From the NCBI GenBank assembly GCA_050273025.1, contig CP158635.1:27776001-27840000 (forward strand): a stretch of DNA of 64,000 bases, in the 5' to 3' direction. Of this stretch, positions 11,236-24,700 are shown in pieces. The notes below the pieces were generated by a model. It was not told where the DNA came from, did no database searches, and saw only the letters and a program-made list of their open reading frames with translations. The DNA is from Cenococcum geophilum. Its lineage: Eukaryota. The position numbers and the translations under genes were made by a program. Each line of letters opens with the position of its first letter. Position 1 is the stretch's first letter.

Positions 11236-11815
11236 ATACCTAAAGCTCCTTCTTCTTTATAAGCGCAACGCCGTGCCCATACTGTTGTTGCGATATTATC
11301 TTTTAGTAAGATTATACCATCTCCATATTCTCGCTATTTAAAAGAGGGGTTAGTTTATATTACGTTGGCGAACCTATCTTCGCAATAACCGTCCTTTTAC
11401 TTAAAGTGCACTAAAGCGAATATTTATTCGTCCTATAATGTTCGCTTCGTCTCTAATACTAAATATATATAACTTATTACTTCTAATAGTCATCTAGTTC
11501 CCTAATTAATTTGTTTTAGGGTTTTGTATTTAATCTACTACTATACGGCTAGATAGTGAACTGTTTTAAGCCCTAGCTAAGTTAGAATATTTTTATAACG
11601 TAGAGCAAAAGGCTCTTAAGGCCTAGATTGCGGCGTCTGCTTAATTACTCCGTCTTAAAAAGGGTTATAAGAAGGTCTATCTTAAGAAGTAAAAACTTGT
11701 AAAATAAGGTTTATAGAAACTTAGTAATAAAAAAATAAATTCTCTTCTAATAGAGAAGGAAATAAATCTAAGTAGTTCGGTAACTACTCTTCTTAGGTCC
11801 CCCTTAGGTGACTTA
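11236..11815 (+). pseudogene. Antisense accessory ORF relic of C: six-Cys (Zn2Cys6-like spacing) domain plus coiled coil, possibly intron-split
   Basis: De-RIPed reading MPK...PCSRC.KEGLVC...PS.C.ECTKAN...C.VR, followed by a helical segment ALEARIAASARLLRL. Present in E and H as well. Confidence 0.6.
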
Positions 11816-14778
11816 TTTTTTAATAATCCTTTTTTATTAATGCTGCTTAACCTAATCTCTTCTAATACTCCTATACCTTTCTTATAGCATTCTTTAAATT
11901 TTTTAGTGGTTCCTAGGTAGTCTTAATATAGCCTATCCACTTAAACTTATACTATATTTTATTATTAACGTCCTTATAACTAACGATCTTTAAAACTTAC
12001 TATTCGTCTTCTTCTTATCCTCTATACGTGTCTACTTTGTAAACTAGTAGCTTAATATTCCCGTATACTGGCTCTAGCATTATAATGTGCTATATAGGGT
12101 AGATCTTTATCTTAGCTAGTAGGTTTAACTTAAATATAACCAGTAAAATCCTCTATTTAATTTTAAAAGGTCCTAGTCTAACATAGTCTAACTTCTTACT
12201 TAGTTATCAACTTTTAAAATTTTTATATAGTAGCTATACTTTATCTCCCTCCTTAAGATCTAGTCCCTTAGATCTCTTAGCATTATAGTACTTTTTTATT
12301 CTCTCTTATACTCTCTTTACTAATTCCATAAAGTCTACATAAAGGTTTATTAACGTCTTTATTCTTTCCTTAGCTATACTACTTATTTTCTTTACTTATT
12401 ATAATAACAACGATATTCTTAGCTTATATCCGTAATTTGCCTTAAACAGTAATATACCTATCCCTTCTTATGGTGTTATATTATATATAAACTATATAAC
12501 TAGTAATAATAATACCCAATTATTCTGTATATAATTAATATAATGCCTTAGATACTACTCTAGTGTCTAATTTAATCTTTTTATTTAACCGTCTGTCTGC
12601 AGATAGTATATAGTAAAAGTTACTACTCAAACTTCTTATTCCGCTAAGAATACCTCCTAAAATGCTGCTATAAATCTTAAATCTCTATCCGATATAATTT
12701 TACTTAATGCTCTATATCTTATAAACACTTCTTTAATATAGATTTTAGCAACATCTTCTGCTAATATTTCTTCTGTATATACTATAAAGTATCCCCACTT
12801 TATAAGCTTATCTACTATTACTAAAATCGCGTTATAATCTTATCCGGTAATAGGATCTTTTAATTTTAGTAGCTTTATAATAAAGTTCTATAATATAACC
12901 TCCTATAGTCTTTCTAGTATTTTAATAGGTTGTAGCCCTCTATACGGCTTATACCTTATTAGTTTATTCCTTTAATAATCTAGATACTCCTTTATAACTT
13001 TCCGTGCTAAGCCCTAGATTCTATTAATAATATACTCCTCCTAGAGTCTTAATACTAAGCCTATAGCTCCGTTATGCCCTTAAGTTATTCCCTTATAAAA
13101 GTCTTCTATAAAATACTCTACTATACTTCTTAGGATGTACTTTACCTCTCTATACTTATATAATATTTCTTCTTCTAGATGTTCTAACTATTCCTCTAGC
13201 TATACTTTAAAGATTCTTTATGCCTAAAAGCTTTTTAGTGTCTTATAGACTCTTTCTAGCTTATTATCTTTTTAAGTTACTGCGATTTTAGGATAATTAT
13301 ACCTAATTAATCTATCTATATCTTTTCGCAGTAAAGCCCCTAATAGCTTTTTATTATTCTGTAGTTTAGCTTTTTAACTTAGAGCGTCTACTTATGTGTT
13401 GTCTATACCTTTAGTATACTAAATTTTAAAATAGTATTCTATAAGCATTTCTGCCTATCTAACCTATCTTTAGTTAAGTTCCTTTATTATTAGGAATCCT
13501 ATTAGGTTCTTATAGTCCGTCTTAACTATAAATAGTTTTTCTGTGCCTTATAAGAATGCTCTTTATTTCTTTAGTGCTGCAACTATACCTAATAACCCCT
13601 TATTATAGATGTTATAGTTTAATTCCGGTAGTGTTATTTTCCGACTATAATATGCCACTAAGTGCCATCTATCTTAATATTTTTGCATAAAGTATACCCC
13701 TAGTGTAAAGTCTAATGTATTTGTTTCTATAACCGTCTCTAATCCTAGTTAATAGATTTTAAGAACTGGCTCCTAGGTAAACAACTCTTACTATTCCTTT
13801 CCCTATACCTATAGTTCTTCTTTCTTTATTAACCGCGTAAATAGTTTAATATCTTTTAACTATTGCGTTATAAACCGTCTGCAGTAATTACAAAACCCTA
13901 GGAATAATCTTAACTATATAACATTCTTTAGTTCTTACCAATTTATTATAGCCTCGATCTTTTTTAAATCTATACTAAGTTGGCCTAGTTTAATAATAAA
14001 TCTAATAAATTTTGTTTTTCTTATAAAGAACTCGCATTTCTTAATTGCTACTAGCATCTGTTCTTCTTATAGTCTCTTTAAAACCCATTTAATATATTCC
14101 CCGTGTTCTTCCTTAGTTATTAAGTAAATAATAATATTATCAAAGTATACTATAACAAATTCATCCAAGTATTCTCCTAATATATTATTAATACGCTTCT
14201 AGAACGTCGCTAATATGTTTATAAGCCTAAATTGCATAACTAATAGTTTATATAGTCCTTCTTTTAACCTAAAGGCTGCCTTCTATTTATTGCCTTCCTT
14301 AATCCTAATCTAATAGTATACCTATCTCAGATCTATCTTTGTAAAGATTTATACGTTACCTATCCTATCTTAGATTTCGCTAATTAAGGGTAAAGAATAC
14401 CTATCCTTTTAAGTGATACTATTTAACTGCCTATAGTTAATACATAACCTTAGTTTTCTATTCTTCTTTAGTATAAATAGTACTAGATAACCTGCTAATA
14501 ACTGCAATAGTCTAATATATCCCTTTTGTAGGTTTTCTTAGATAAACTCCTTAAGTGCTCTAGACTCTTTTTTAGTAAGCTTATAGGTTAGAAAGAGCCT
14601 TAAACTTATTCCTAGCTTTAACTCTATTTTATAGTCCTATACTATATAATTTAACAGCTTTTTACTTTTTAGTAACTATAGTTTCTTACTATACTTATAG
14701 TATCTCTTTAGTACATAACTTAAGCCTCGCTTAGTTTCTTTATATATTACTCTAACTTAGTACTATACTAACTTAGTT

Positions 14779-16540
14779 AAGGAACACTAAAAGCGAGATC
14801 CGACCCATACTGTCCTATAGGGGTTCCTTTCCGTCTTATCTTGTCCGTACGGTCAAGCTGAGAGTAAGGATCTTGTCTGTTACTGATGCAGCGGCGTTAT
14901 GTCGTGGCTAGAGGGCGCTTTCAAATGCGTCGTCCTTAACGCCGTCAGAACAGCAGAGTTTTCGCGGGTCTTGGCGCTCGTCAATAATATAAGGCAACTC
15001 ATTAAGAACAGAGGAATGGTCTTAAAAACTACCTGACGTCTCTCTACCTAGGCACCGACCTAGGGCCACAAGCCAGCGCTTACATTTGCTGGTAAAAGCG
15101 ATAGGAATCTAAGGAGACAATAGGGTACCTCTATACTTATTCCGCTCTAAGACTATACCTACAGCAAGGGTATAGGAAGAATCTTAACACCGTTAACCAC
15201 ATTTAGCGACGTTAATCCTCCCTTTTTACGCAGCGGCGTTAACCTTTCTCTAGGCGGCGACGTTAATCTAGAACGGACCAAGAAAGAGCTAAGGGCACCC
15301 TTCTCTAGGCGGTAACGTTAATCTAAAACGGACTAAGAAAGAGCTAGGATGAACCTATATAGGTAGGCTGGAACGGACTTAGATGTAGGTGTTGGTTAAG
15401 ATAGAAGGATAATAAGTTTGGTTAGTAGGCGGCTGAGGGACAATAGCTGCGCGGCGTTAAGTTATCTAGGCCCGCGCCTGCAAGATACGGTCGGCCTATT
15501 ATTACAAGAGCGTCATAGGTAACGCGAAGCAGCTAGGTAACGGCTATGGGGCGTGGTATATAATGGCAGCAACGGACAACTCTAGGGACCTTACCCTTTT
15601 ACTAGGCTCTAACCCCTAGTGGACCTATCTTAGAGGAAGAATTAACACCTTATTAATAACACTGTCTGTATAGCCCGAAAGGATAGATGCGTGTATTGGT
15701 TTATCTAGGCAGGGGCAGGCTGTAAGGATAGGCTTATAGAGCAAATCAGGTGCATATGGGTAGGAGCTAGCTTTGTCCACTAGCTGCTGCGTTAACTATA
15801 GCAAGGAACTGGGCAAGCAGTTTAGGCAAACTTGCTATGTATAGTAGTTTTATAATATATATGTATTCTGGCCGCCTTAACTCTACTAACCTCCACCGTT
15901 TTCCACCTCTACCTCCACCATATCCCACCTACCGTATTCCACCTCCACCGTTTTCCACCTCCACCGTATTCCACCTCCACCGTATTCCACCGTATTTCAC
16001 TATATTCTACCTACCCTGTTAGTAGAATTTGGCAGAATTTGGCAGAACTTGGCGGAACATAACAGGACTACCTTAACCTCTACTGTATTCCACCTACCTA
16101 TTGGCAGAAATTAGCAGAATATAGCAGAACTTGGTAGAATACGGCAGAATATAGCAAAATATCTACCTCCCTACTATAAATTTCGACACCACCAGCCTTG
16201 CGGGCCGCTGGCCCACGCCCTACCTAGATGACGGGAGCAACTAGGAATATACCACGGGACCAACCCCAGGACACCGAACCTAGGCCTAGTTATACACCCA
16301 CCGGACGGACCTAGAAGTACGTATTAAGATAGCTTTTCTATAGCGCCTTAAGGAGACGTCTACTCGTACTTAGTAGTTACTAATTAGAAGAGAGGCCATA
16401 TAGGCCACATAATAGAAGAAGGAGAGGTTTTACCCGGCTCTATACGGTTCCCCTCTTATGTATATAATACACCTACATAGACCCGCTGCATGGACCCTAA
16501 TGGGAACCGCAACAGCGTAATTAAATATTATTATTATTAT
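14779..16540 (+). mobile_element. Non-LTR retroposon D (1.76 kb, non-autonomous or 5'-truncated LINE-like)
   Basis: 15-bp TSD tatactaacttagtt (14764-14778, 16541-16555), (TAT)n tail at 16526-16540, empty sites in E (~22185-22205) and H (~40290-40315). No LTR or TIR. Confidence 0.85.
15885..16165 (+). repeat. Low-complexity tandem arrays in D: (ccaccgtattccacct)n and (ggcagaaYtt)n
   Basis: Short-period repeats visible directly. Confidence 0.9.
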
Positions 16541-18268
16541 TATACTAACTTAGTTTATTATTACATCTTATAGCGTTAAGTATTTTTAATATTAACTTAA
16601 CCTATAACCTAATTAATCCTTAGATTGTATTCCTATAACTAAGGCATCCCTAATACTACCTTATCCTATCCTAATAGTAGGATATTAAAAGATATCTTAA
16701 CTTATCTTCCTTTAATGGTTATCTAAATAGGTCCTATTTTAAGATTAATAATCCCTCCTTTATAGGCTATTAGATCTCCTAAAATTATAACTAATAGGTA
16801 AGGTTACTCCTTCTATCTATAAGGTAACCCTATTCTCTTAACTACTACTAGTAAAATATAGTTTCGCGTTACTCTACTATCTATTAGCGCTTTAAACTAC
16901 TAATCTTACCATTTAACTTATAAATTTAGGTATTATTCTTAAATTCCTTTAAGGGTCTAAGGCTCTACTACTAGCTCCCTTTAATCTTATAAACCTCTAC
17001 TTTTCCTAACTATTAGCTGCTTAATTCTATTGCACTTAGTTTATTTTTTAGCTAATGCCTAATTTGCTTTTTATCTTCTATATACTATAGATATATATTC
17101 TTTAGGCATTCCTACTACTATTATCCGTCTAAGCATTCTTCTATAAGGAATCTTTTTAGTTAAAGTATTAAGTCTCCTAACTTTTAAACTTTTATTAGAT
17201 GCCAACCGTGTATATACTTAGCATTTTTATACTATTACTTATCTAGCGCCTAATACATCCTTGTAGGGTATTTCCAATTCTTTTCCTTTAGATTTTTGTA
17301 TATCTTATATATATTATCTATATATGTAACCCATAATAGCGTATAGTATACTAGGTGCTTTAGGTTAACTCTTAACTCGTCTTTATCCTTAAGTTTAAAC
17401 CTCTACTATACTAATCTAAATATTACAACTTTGTTTATAGGTACTAAGATACACCTTTTACTTCTTTAGTCCTCTAATCGTTCCTTTAGATCCTTTAACG
17501 TTATAATTAAGGCTCTTTTAATATAAGTTATGGCCTTTTCTATAATTAGGTGGTCCTAGATAACTTATTTATCCAATTATATATAAAAATCTTCCCACTT
17601 ATTATTATGTCGCTGTCTATACCACTTTTAGTATAGCTATTAGAGTATATAAAACTTATCCGTAAGGAAGTATCTTCTTATTACTGCGTTATAATAGCCT
17701 TTTATATATCGTTTTTTAAACCTAATAGGGATCCCTAGATCCTCTTCGTTTTCCAGTTTAATAAGCCACTTAGCTCTTAATATGCCTACCCTAGGCCTAT
17801 TAGTAATTCTTTATACTAATACTCTATCCCTTATATATCCTAATATACTAGATCTCTTATCTAGTTTCTATTCTTACTATGCAATAATTCTTTGTCTAAA
17901 TTCTTCTATGGTTTCTTTTAGTTTGTGTTTTACTAATAGATCCTTAAAGTCTTCTTACTTCTTAATCTTAGTATTAACACTTCAATCCTATTACTAAGCC
18001 TTACTCGCAATTTCTTTAATAGTCCTTATTCTGTTGCTAAAATCTTAGTCCTATAAGATTTTTAGTCCTAAGCTCGCTTTTAACTTAAGCTTTACTCCAG
18101 CCTTAGTCTAACTAGGCTTACTTAGTATTCTCGTCTTATCTTAAAAGTCTTAAATCTTACTTATCTTATCTTAAGAGTCTTATACCTTTAGGAAACTTCG
18201 TCCTAAGCTTATTTATATATTACTAAACTAAGCCATTACTCTACTTTATCGGTTATTGTCCGTTATAG

Positions 18269-18688
18269 TGTTACGGACGCTTTAAGTACGATGTTACGAC
18301 TACTTGGAGAGGAGTTGGAAGAAGCTAGTTGGTTAATACAAGCACGGTCCAGGATGGAACCGGTAGAACTATGTGACGAGGAATGGTAGTATAAGTTATA
18401 TAATATGCTACGTAAGGAACGTGGAGAACGGACGGAACGTACGTACCTTATGTACCTCACGTACATTACGTATAAGAAGGATTTTATAGGAGTACGGTCG
18501 TGTATTTAAAGGACCTTAGTCCCTACCTAGATAGTTCTTTCCTTGTAGTAATTCTTAGAATATAATTAGAGTTAATCTGTTAGGCAACCACTCCACTAGT
18601 TATTATTACGTTGTTAACTTTACGCATTACCTATATACCTAGCCCAATAACGAGCCTATTGTAGTACTTGCTACAAGGTTCCGTTATA
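18269..18688 (+). repeat. 5' LTR of E
   Basis: tgttac...gttata; repeat of 26158-26577. Confidence 0.95.
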
Positions 18689-18726
18689 TAATTACTACCT
18701 AGTTACGGTATTAAAAGTCGAACAAC

Positions 18727-21700
18727 ATGCCACTAAAAGCAGCCACCACGACGCCATTAACGGCGGCAACTACTTTAAGGTTAGGAGGTAATACCAGTAT
18801 AGTAAATACTAACTTATAACAACCTATAACGGTTAAACAACTACAGAAAATAGTTAACTAGTTAATAGAAAATAATACGGCACTTAAATAAAGGATTAAT
18901 AAGATAGGAGCAGTAAAGGTTAAGTTACTATTAATTAAAAGATTCTTAGGAGAGAGATTAAAGCTTAAAGGATTTCTTACGTAAATGCACTTTAAGGTTA
19001 CGCAAGAGGGAGTAAAGCTGGTAATACTTATAGATTAAATAGCGTATATAGAATTGTTCTTATTAGGAAGAGTACTTAAATGGTTTAAGCCTTACCTTAT
19101 AGAGATATAAGCAAATAGAATAATAACAATAAACTAAGGAGTACGGTTTATATTTTTAAGCTAGAATAGATTTATAGAGCAACTTATATAGATATTTAAA
19201 GACCTAAAGGCGACGACTATAGCGGAAAGAAAGCTTTAAGATATTATATAATAAACCTTAGCTATTAAATATACAATGCAGTTCTAAACGCTAGTAATAT
19301 AAGTTAAGTAGAATAATAGGGCGCTTATGGTATAGTATAAATAGGGACTTAAGGCTAAAGTCTAGGATATAATTATTCTAATAGAAGATACGGACACCTT
19401 AAGGGAATTAATAAATTAAGCGATAAAGATTAATAATAGGATCTACTAAAGGGAATAGACTAAGAGAGGTTAGGACAGAGTTCTATAGTTATATAAGGCG
19501 TAGAGTACGTATTAACTAAAGCTAAGTTAGAAACTATAGTATGGCGCAGAGCTAATAGACCTAAGCAGTACTAAAGAAGCCTATAAGAGATAGAGTAAGA
19601 TATTATAGAAACTAAAAGGATAAGGATTAAGTAATTAAAGGTCTAGGGAGTAAAGGCCGAATTAGGGATCTCAGCAGCAAAAGATATTTAGGCGGACTCT
19701 ATAACAAGAAAGATGGTTTAAAAAAAGAGCTTATATAAATTGCGGAAAATAGGGTTATTTCGCCAGAGATTATAAAGATAGTTAGAGTTACTATATAATA
19801 AAGGGAACTGGACTAGTAGACGGCATATACGTATAGAGGGATAATAATATACTACAAGGAATAAAGGATTATTTAATTAACTACTTTACGTTTTGCTATA
19901 ACAACGCGTGCTGAATTTATAAAGACGCTAAGTATAGCGTAAGCTATTGGCCACAGAAACCTAGTTTAGAGAAACTAAGAGCTACCTAAGACTATAAAGA
20001 GTAAGATAGGCTCTATAAATGCGACGAAGATCTAACAGCAACTTTTAGTATAGTATTAATAAGGCAGTATTTAAAAAGGGACTTTAGGAAAAATCCATTC
20101 AATAATGTTAAGAAAGAAGATCTTAAGATATTAGTATTAGAAGTAGAGACTAAGACTACTATAGAGTAAGGTTTAGTAACGGGCATTATAATACTATTAG
20201 ATACGGCATCTATCGCTTTATAAGACGGTAGGAGTAGTATCTAAAAGAGATTAAGTAAGTAGACGACTGCTAGTACTAGTTTACCACTTAATAAAGGTAA
20301 AAGGCTAAAGGCTTAAGATTCTTAAAACGAGATAAGAGACAACTAAGATTCTTAAGACGAGATAAGGTATACCTAAGGACCTATAACAGATAAAAACCAA
20401 TAGAGTAGGGCAGTAGCTTAGTTTAGGAATATATAAATAAGCTTAGGATAGAGTTTCCCATAGGCATTAAATTCTTAAGACAAAATAAATAAGATTTAAG
20501 ACTTTTAAAACGAGATAAGAACACTATAAACGCCTAGTTAGACTAAGGCGGGAGCTAAGCTTAAGCTAGAAGCAAGCTTAGGATTAAAGAATCTAAGGGA
20601 CTAAAAATTTAGAGTATAAATAAGGACACCTATAGGCAAGAGGCAAGGAGCTTCTTTATAAATTAGAGAATCTATAATCTAGGTAGTAGTTAGACTAAGC
20701 GACAGATATATAGACCTAGAGGACTTACTAGTTAAACATAGTGTTTAGCCTAAAGATTAAAAAGTTAATACCAAGATTAAGAAGTACAAAGACTTTAAGG
20801 ATCTACTTATAAGATGCGAAAGAAAAGAAACTATAGAGGAATTTAGAGCAAAAATTACCTTATAGTAAGAGTAGAAACTAGATAAGAGATTTAGTCTACT
20901 AGGTTGTATAAGGGACAGAGCGCTAGTATAAAGAATTACTAATAGGCCGAGAATAGGTATATTAAGAGCTAAGTGGCTTACTAAACTAAAATAAAAAGAG
21001 GATTTAGGAATCCTAACCAGATTTAAGGAATAATATATAAAAGGCTATTATAACGCAGTAATAAAAAAATACTTCCTTATGGACAGAGCATATATACTTA
21101 AGTAGCTATACTAAAGATAGTATAGGCAATGATATAACGATAAGTGGGAAGATTTCTATATATAGTTAGATGAAAAAGTTGTCCAAGACCACCTAATTAC
21201 GGAAAAGGCTATAACTTATATTAAAGGAGCCTTAATTATAACGTTAAAAGATCTAAAGGAGCAATTAAAGGACTAAAGAAGTAAGAGACGAATCTTAGTA
21301 CCTGCGAATAAAGTCGCGATGCTTAGATTAACATAAGAAAGGTTTAAACTTAAGGATAAAGATAAGCTAAGAGTTAACCTAAGATACTAAGTATATTATA
21401 TACTATTATAAATAGCATATATGGATAATACGTATAGTATATATAGGACACTAAAAGATAAGAATTAGAAATATTTAATAAGAATATATTAGATAACGGA
21501 TAAGGCAAAATACCAAAACGCTAAGTATATGTATAGTTAGCACCTAGTAGAAGTTTAAAAATAAGGGGACTTAATACTTTAACCAGGGAGATTCCTTATA
21601 GAAGAATGCCTAAATAGATAACAATAGTGGGAATATCTAGAGAATACCTATCTATAGTATATTAAAGATAAGAAGCGAACTAAGTATTAGCCTAAGTTAG

Positions 21701-24700
21701 ACTAAGTATAAATAGGATCTAGTAGCTAATAGTTAGGAAAAGTAGAGGCCTACGGGATTAGAGGGAACTAGTAATAGAGCTTTAGACCCTTAAAGGAATT
21801 TAAGAAAAATACCTAAATTTATAAGTTAAATAGTAAAATCAACAGTTTAAAGCACTAATAGATAGTGGAGCAATAAGGAACTATATCTTACTAGTAGTAG
21901 TTAAAAGAATGGGACTACCATATAGGAAAAAGGAGCACCTATATTTATTAGTAACAATTTTAGGAGATCCGATAGCCTATAGGGACGGCATTATTAATCT
22001 TAAAATAGGACCTATTTAGTTAACTATTAAAAAAAGACAGATTCGGATGTCTTTTAATATCCTACTATTAGGAAAGGATAAGTTAATACTAGGGATGCCT
22101 TAGTTACAGGAGTACAATCTAAAGATTAATTAGGTTATAGGTTAGGTTAATATTAGAGATACTTAACGCCGCAAGATACGATAATAAGCTAAGTTAGTAT
22201 AGTACTAAGTAGGAGCAACCTACAAGGAAACAGAAAAGGGACTAAGCTATGTACTAAAGAGATACCATAAGTATAGTAAGAAACTATGGTTACTAAAGAG
22301 TAAAAAGCTATTAGAGTATGTAGTATAGGATTATAAGATAGAATTAGAACTAGAAATAAGTCTAAGGTTCTTTCTAATCTATAAGCTTACTAAAAAAGAA
22401 GGTAAAGTATTAAAAGAGTTTATTTAAGAAAACTTACAAAAGGGATATATTAGACTATTATAATTATTAGCGGGTTATCCAGTACTATTTATCCTAAAGA
22501 AAAATGGCAAGCTAAGGCTATATATTAACTATAGATAGTTAAATAGCATTACTAGGAAGGATAGGTATCCTTTACCCTTAATTAGCGAGATCTAAGATAG
22601 GATAAGTAACACACAAATCTTTATAAAGATAGATTTAAGATAGGCGTACCATTAGATTAGAATTAAGGAAGGTAATAAATAGAAGGCAGCCTTTAGGTTA
22701 AAGGAAGAACTATATAAACTATTAGTTATATAATTTAGGCTTATAAACGCACTAGCAACGTTCTAGAAGTAAATTAATAATATATTAAGAAAATACTTAA
22801 ATGAATTTGTTATAGTATACCTTAACAATATTATTATCTATTTAATAACTAAGGAAGAACACGGGGAATACGTTAAATGGGTTTTAAAAAGACTATAAGA
22901 AGAACAGATGCTAGTAGCAATTAAGAAATACAAGTTCTTCACTAGGAAGACAGATTTCGTCAGATTTATTATTAAACTAGGCTAACTTAGTATAGATCTA
23001 AAGAAGATTAAGGCTATAGTAAATTAGCAAGAACTAGAGAACGTTACGTAGTTAAGATTGTTTTTAGGGTTTTATAATTATTATAAAAGGTTTATAGCGC
23101 AATAGTTAAAGGATATTAAGCCATTTACGCGGTTAATAAAGAAAGAAGAACTATAGGTATAGGGAGAGGAATAATAAGAACTGTTTAAAGAAGTTAAGAG
23201 GTTGTTTACCCAGGAGCTAGTTCTTAAGATCTATTAACCAGAACTAGAGACGGTTGTTAAGACAGATATATTAGACTTTATACTAGGGGCATACTTTATA
23301 TAAAAGTATCCAGATAGATAGCACCTAGTGGTATACTATAGTTAAAAGATAACACTACCAGAGTTAAACTATAACATCTATAACAAGGAGTTATTAGGTA
23401 TAGTTACAGCACTAAAAAAATAGAGAGCATTTTTATAAGGCATAGAAAAACTATTTATAGTTAAGATAGATTATAAGAACCTAATAGGATTCCTAATAAT
23501 AAAGGAACTTAACTAAAAATAGGTTAGATAGGCAAAGATGCTTACAGAATACTATTTTAAGATTTAGTATATTAAGGGCATAGACAATATAAGAGCAGAC
23601 GCTCTAAGTTAAAAGGCTAAACTATAAAATAATAAAAAGCTATTAGGGGCTTTATTGCGAAAAGACATAGATAGATTAATTAGGTATAATTATCTAAAAA
23701 TTATAGCAACTTAGGAAGAACTAGAGAAGGTTTATAAGTCACTAGAAAGCTTTTAGGTATAAAGAATTCTAGAAGTATAGCTAAAAGATCTATAGACGGA
23801 TATATACAAAAACTAAGAAGTAAAGTACATCCCAAGAAGTATAGTAGAGCAATTTATAGAAGATTTCTATAAAGGACTAACTTAAGGACATAACGGAGCT
23901 ACGGTGTAACCGACTACTGAGGCTCGCATTACCTTATAACTCACCACCCGTCTCTTGACTTATATGTCTCTTGTCATCATATATCTTATTATTGTATTAC
24001 CCCTGTCTTTAATGTCTACCTATCGATTGTTTCTATTACCTATTCATTACCTATTACTAACTGAGTGGCAATGGCGACCTGGTGGCCAATTAGGTAACAG
24101 TTACAAATCATCGTCGGTATTACCGACAACCTTAGCCACCTATTTCGTGTATATAGCCTTCCTGATTTCCATAGATTTAGAATCAAGTTGCTTATTCAAT
24201 TCTTTACACTGCAAAGCTTACATACGGGCTTAGTGTTAAGACTCTAAAAGGAGTATATTATTAACGGAATCTAAAGAATAGCTAGAAAGATCACTAAGGA
24301 GTATCTAAATTGCTAGAGAAATAAACTAATAAGGCATAAGCCATACGGAGGGCTATAACCTGTTAAAATACCAGAAAGACTATAGGAGGTCATATTATAG
24401 GACTTTATTATTAAGTTGCTAAAGTTAAGAGATCCTATTACCGGATAAGATTACAATGCGATCTTAGTAATAGTAGATAAGCTTATAAAGTAGGGATACT
24501 TTATAGTATATACAAAAGAAATATTAGTAGAAGATGTTACTAGAATCTATATTAAAGAAGTATTCGCAAGGTATGGAGTACTAAGTAAGATTATATCGGA
24601 TAGGGATCTAAGATTTATAGCAGCATTCTAGGAGGTATTCTTAGCAGAGTAAGGAGTTTAAGCAGCAACTTCTACCGCATATTATCCGCAGACAGACGGT

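Noticed and set aside
14779..14900. Self-cleaving ribozyme at the 5' end of D
   Set aside because: ctgagag and ctgatgc do not complete a CUGANGA...GAAA hammerhead core, and I could not build the stems by eye.
15837..24233. Track ORFs 15837-16022, 17782-17997, 18263-18466 and 23955-24233
   Set aside because: They fall in tandem repeats, antisense gag-pol or LTRs, and have the I/L/Y/S-rich or repetitive composition expected of chance frames.
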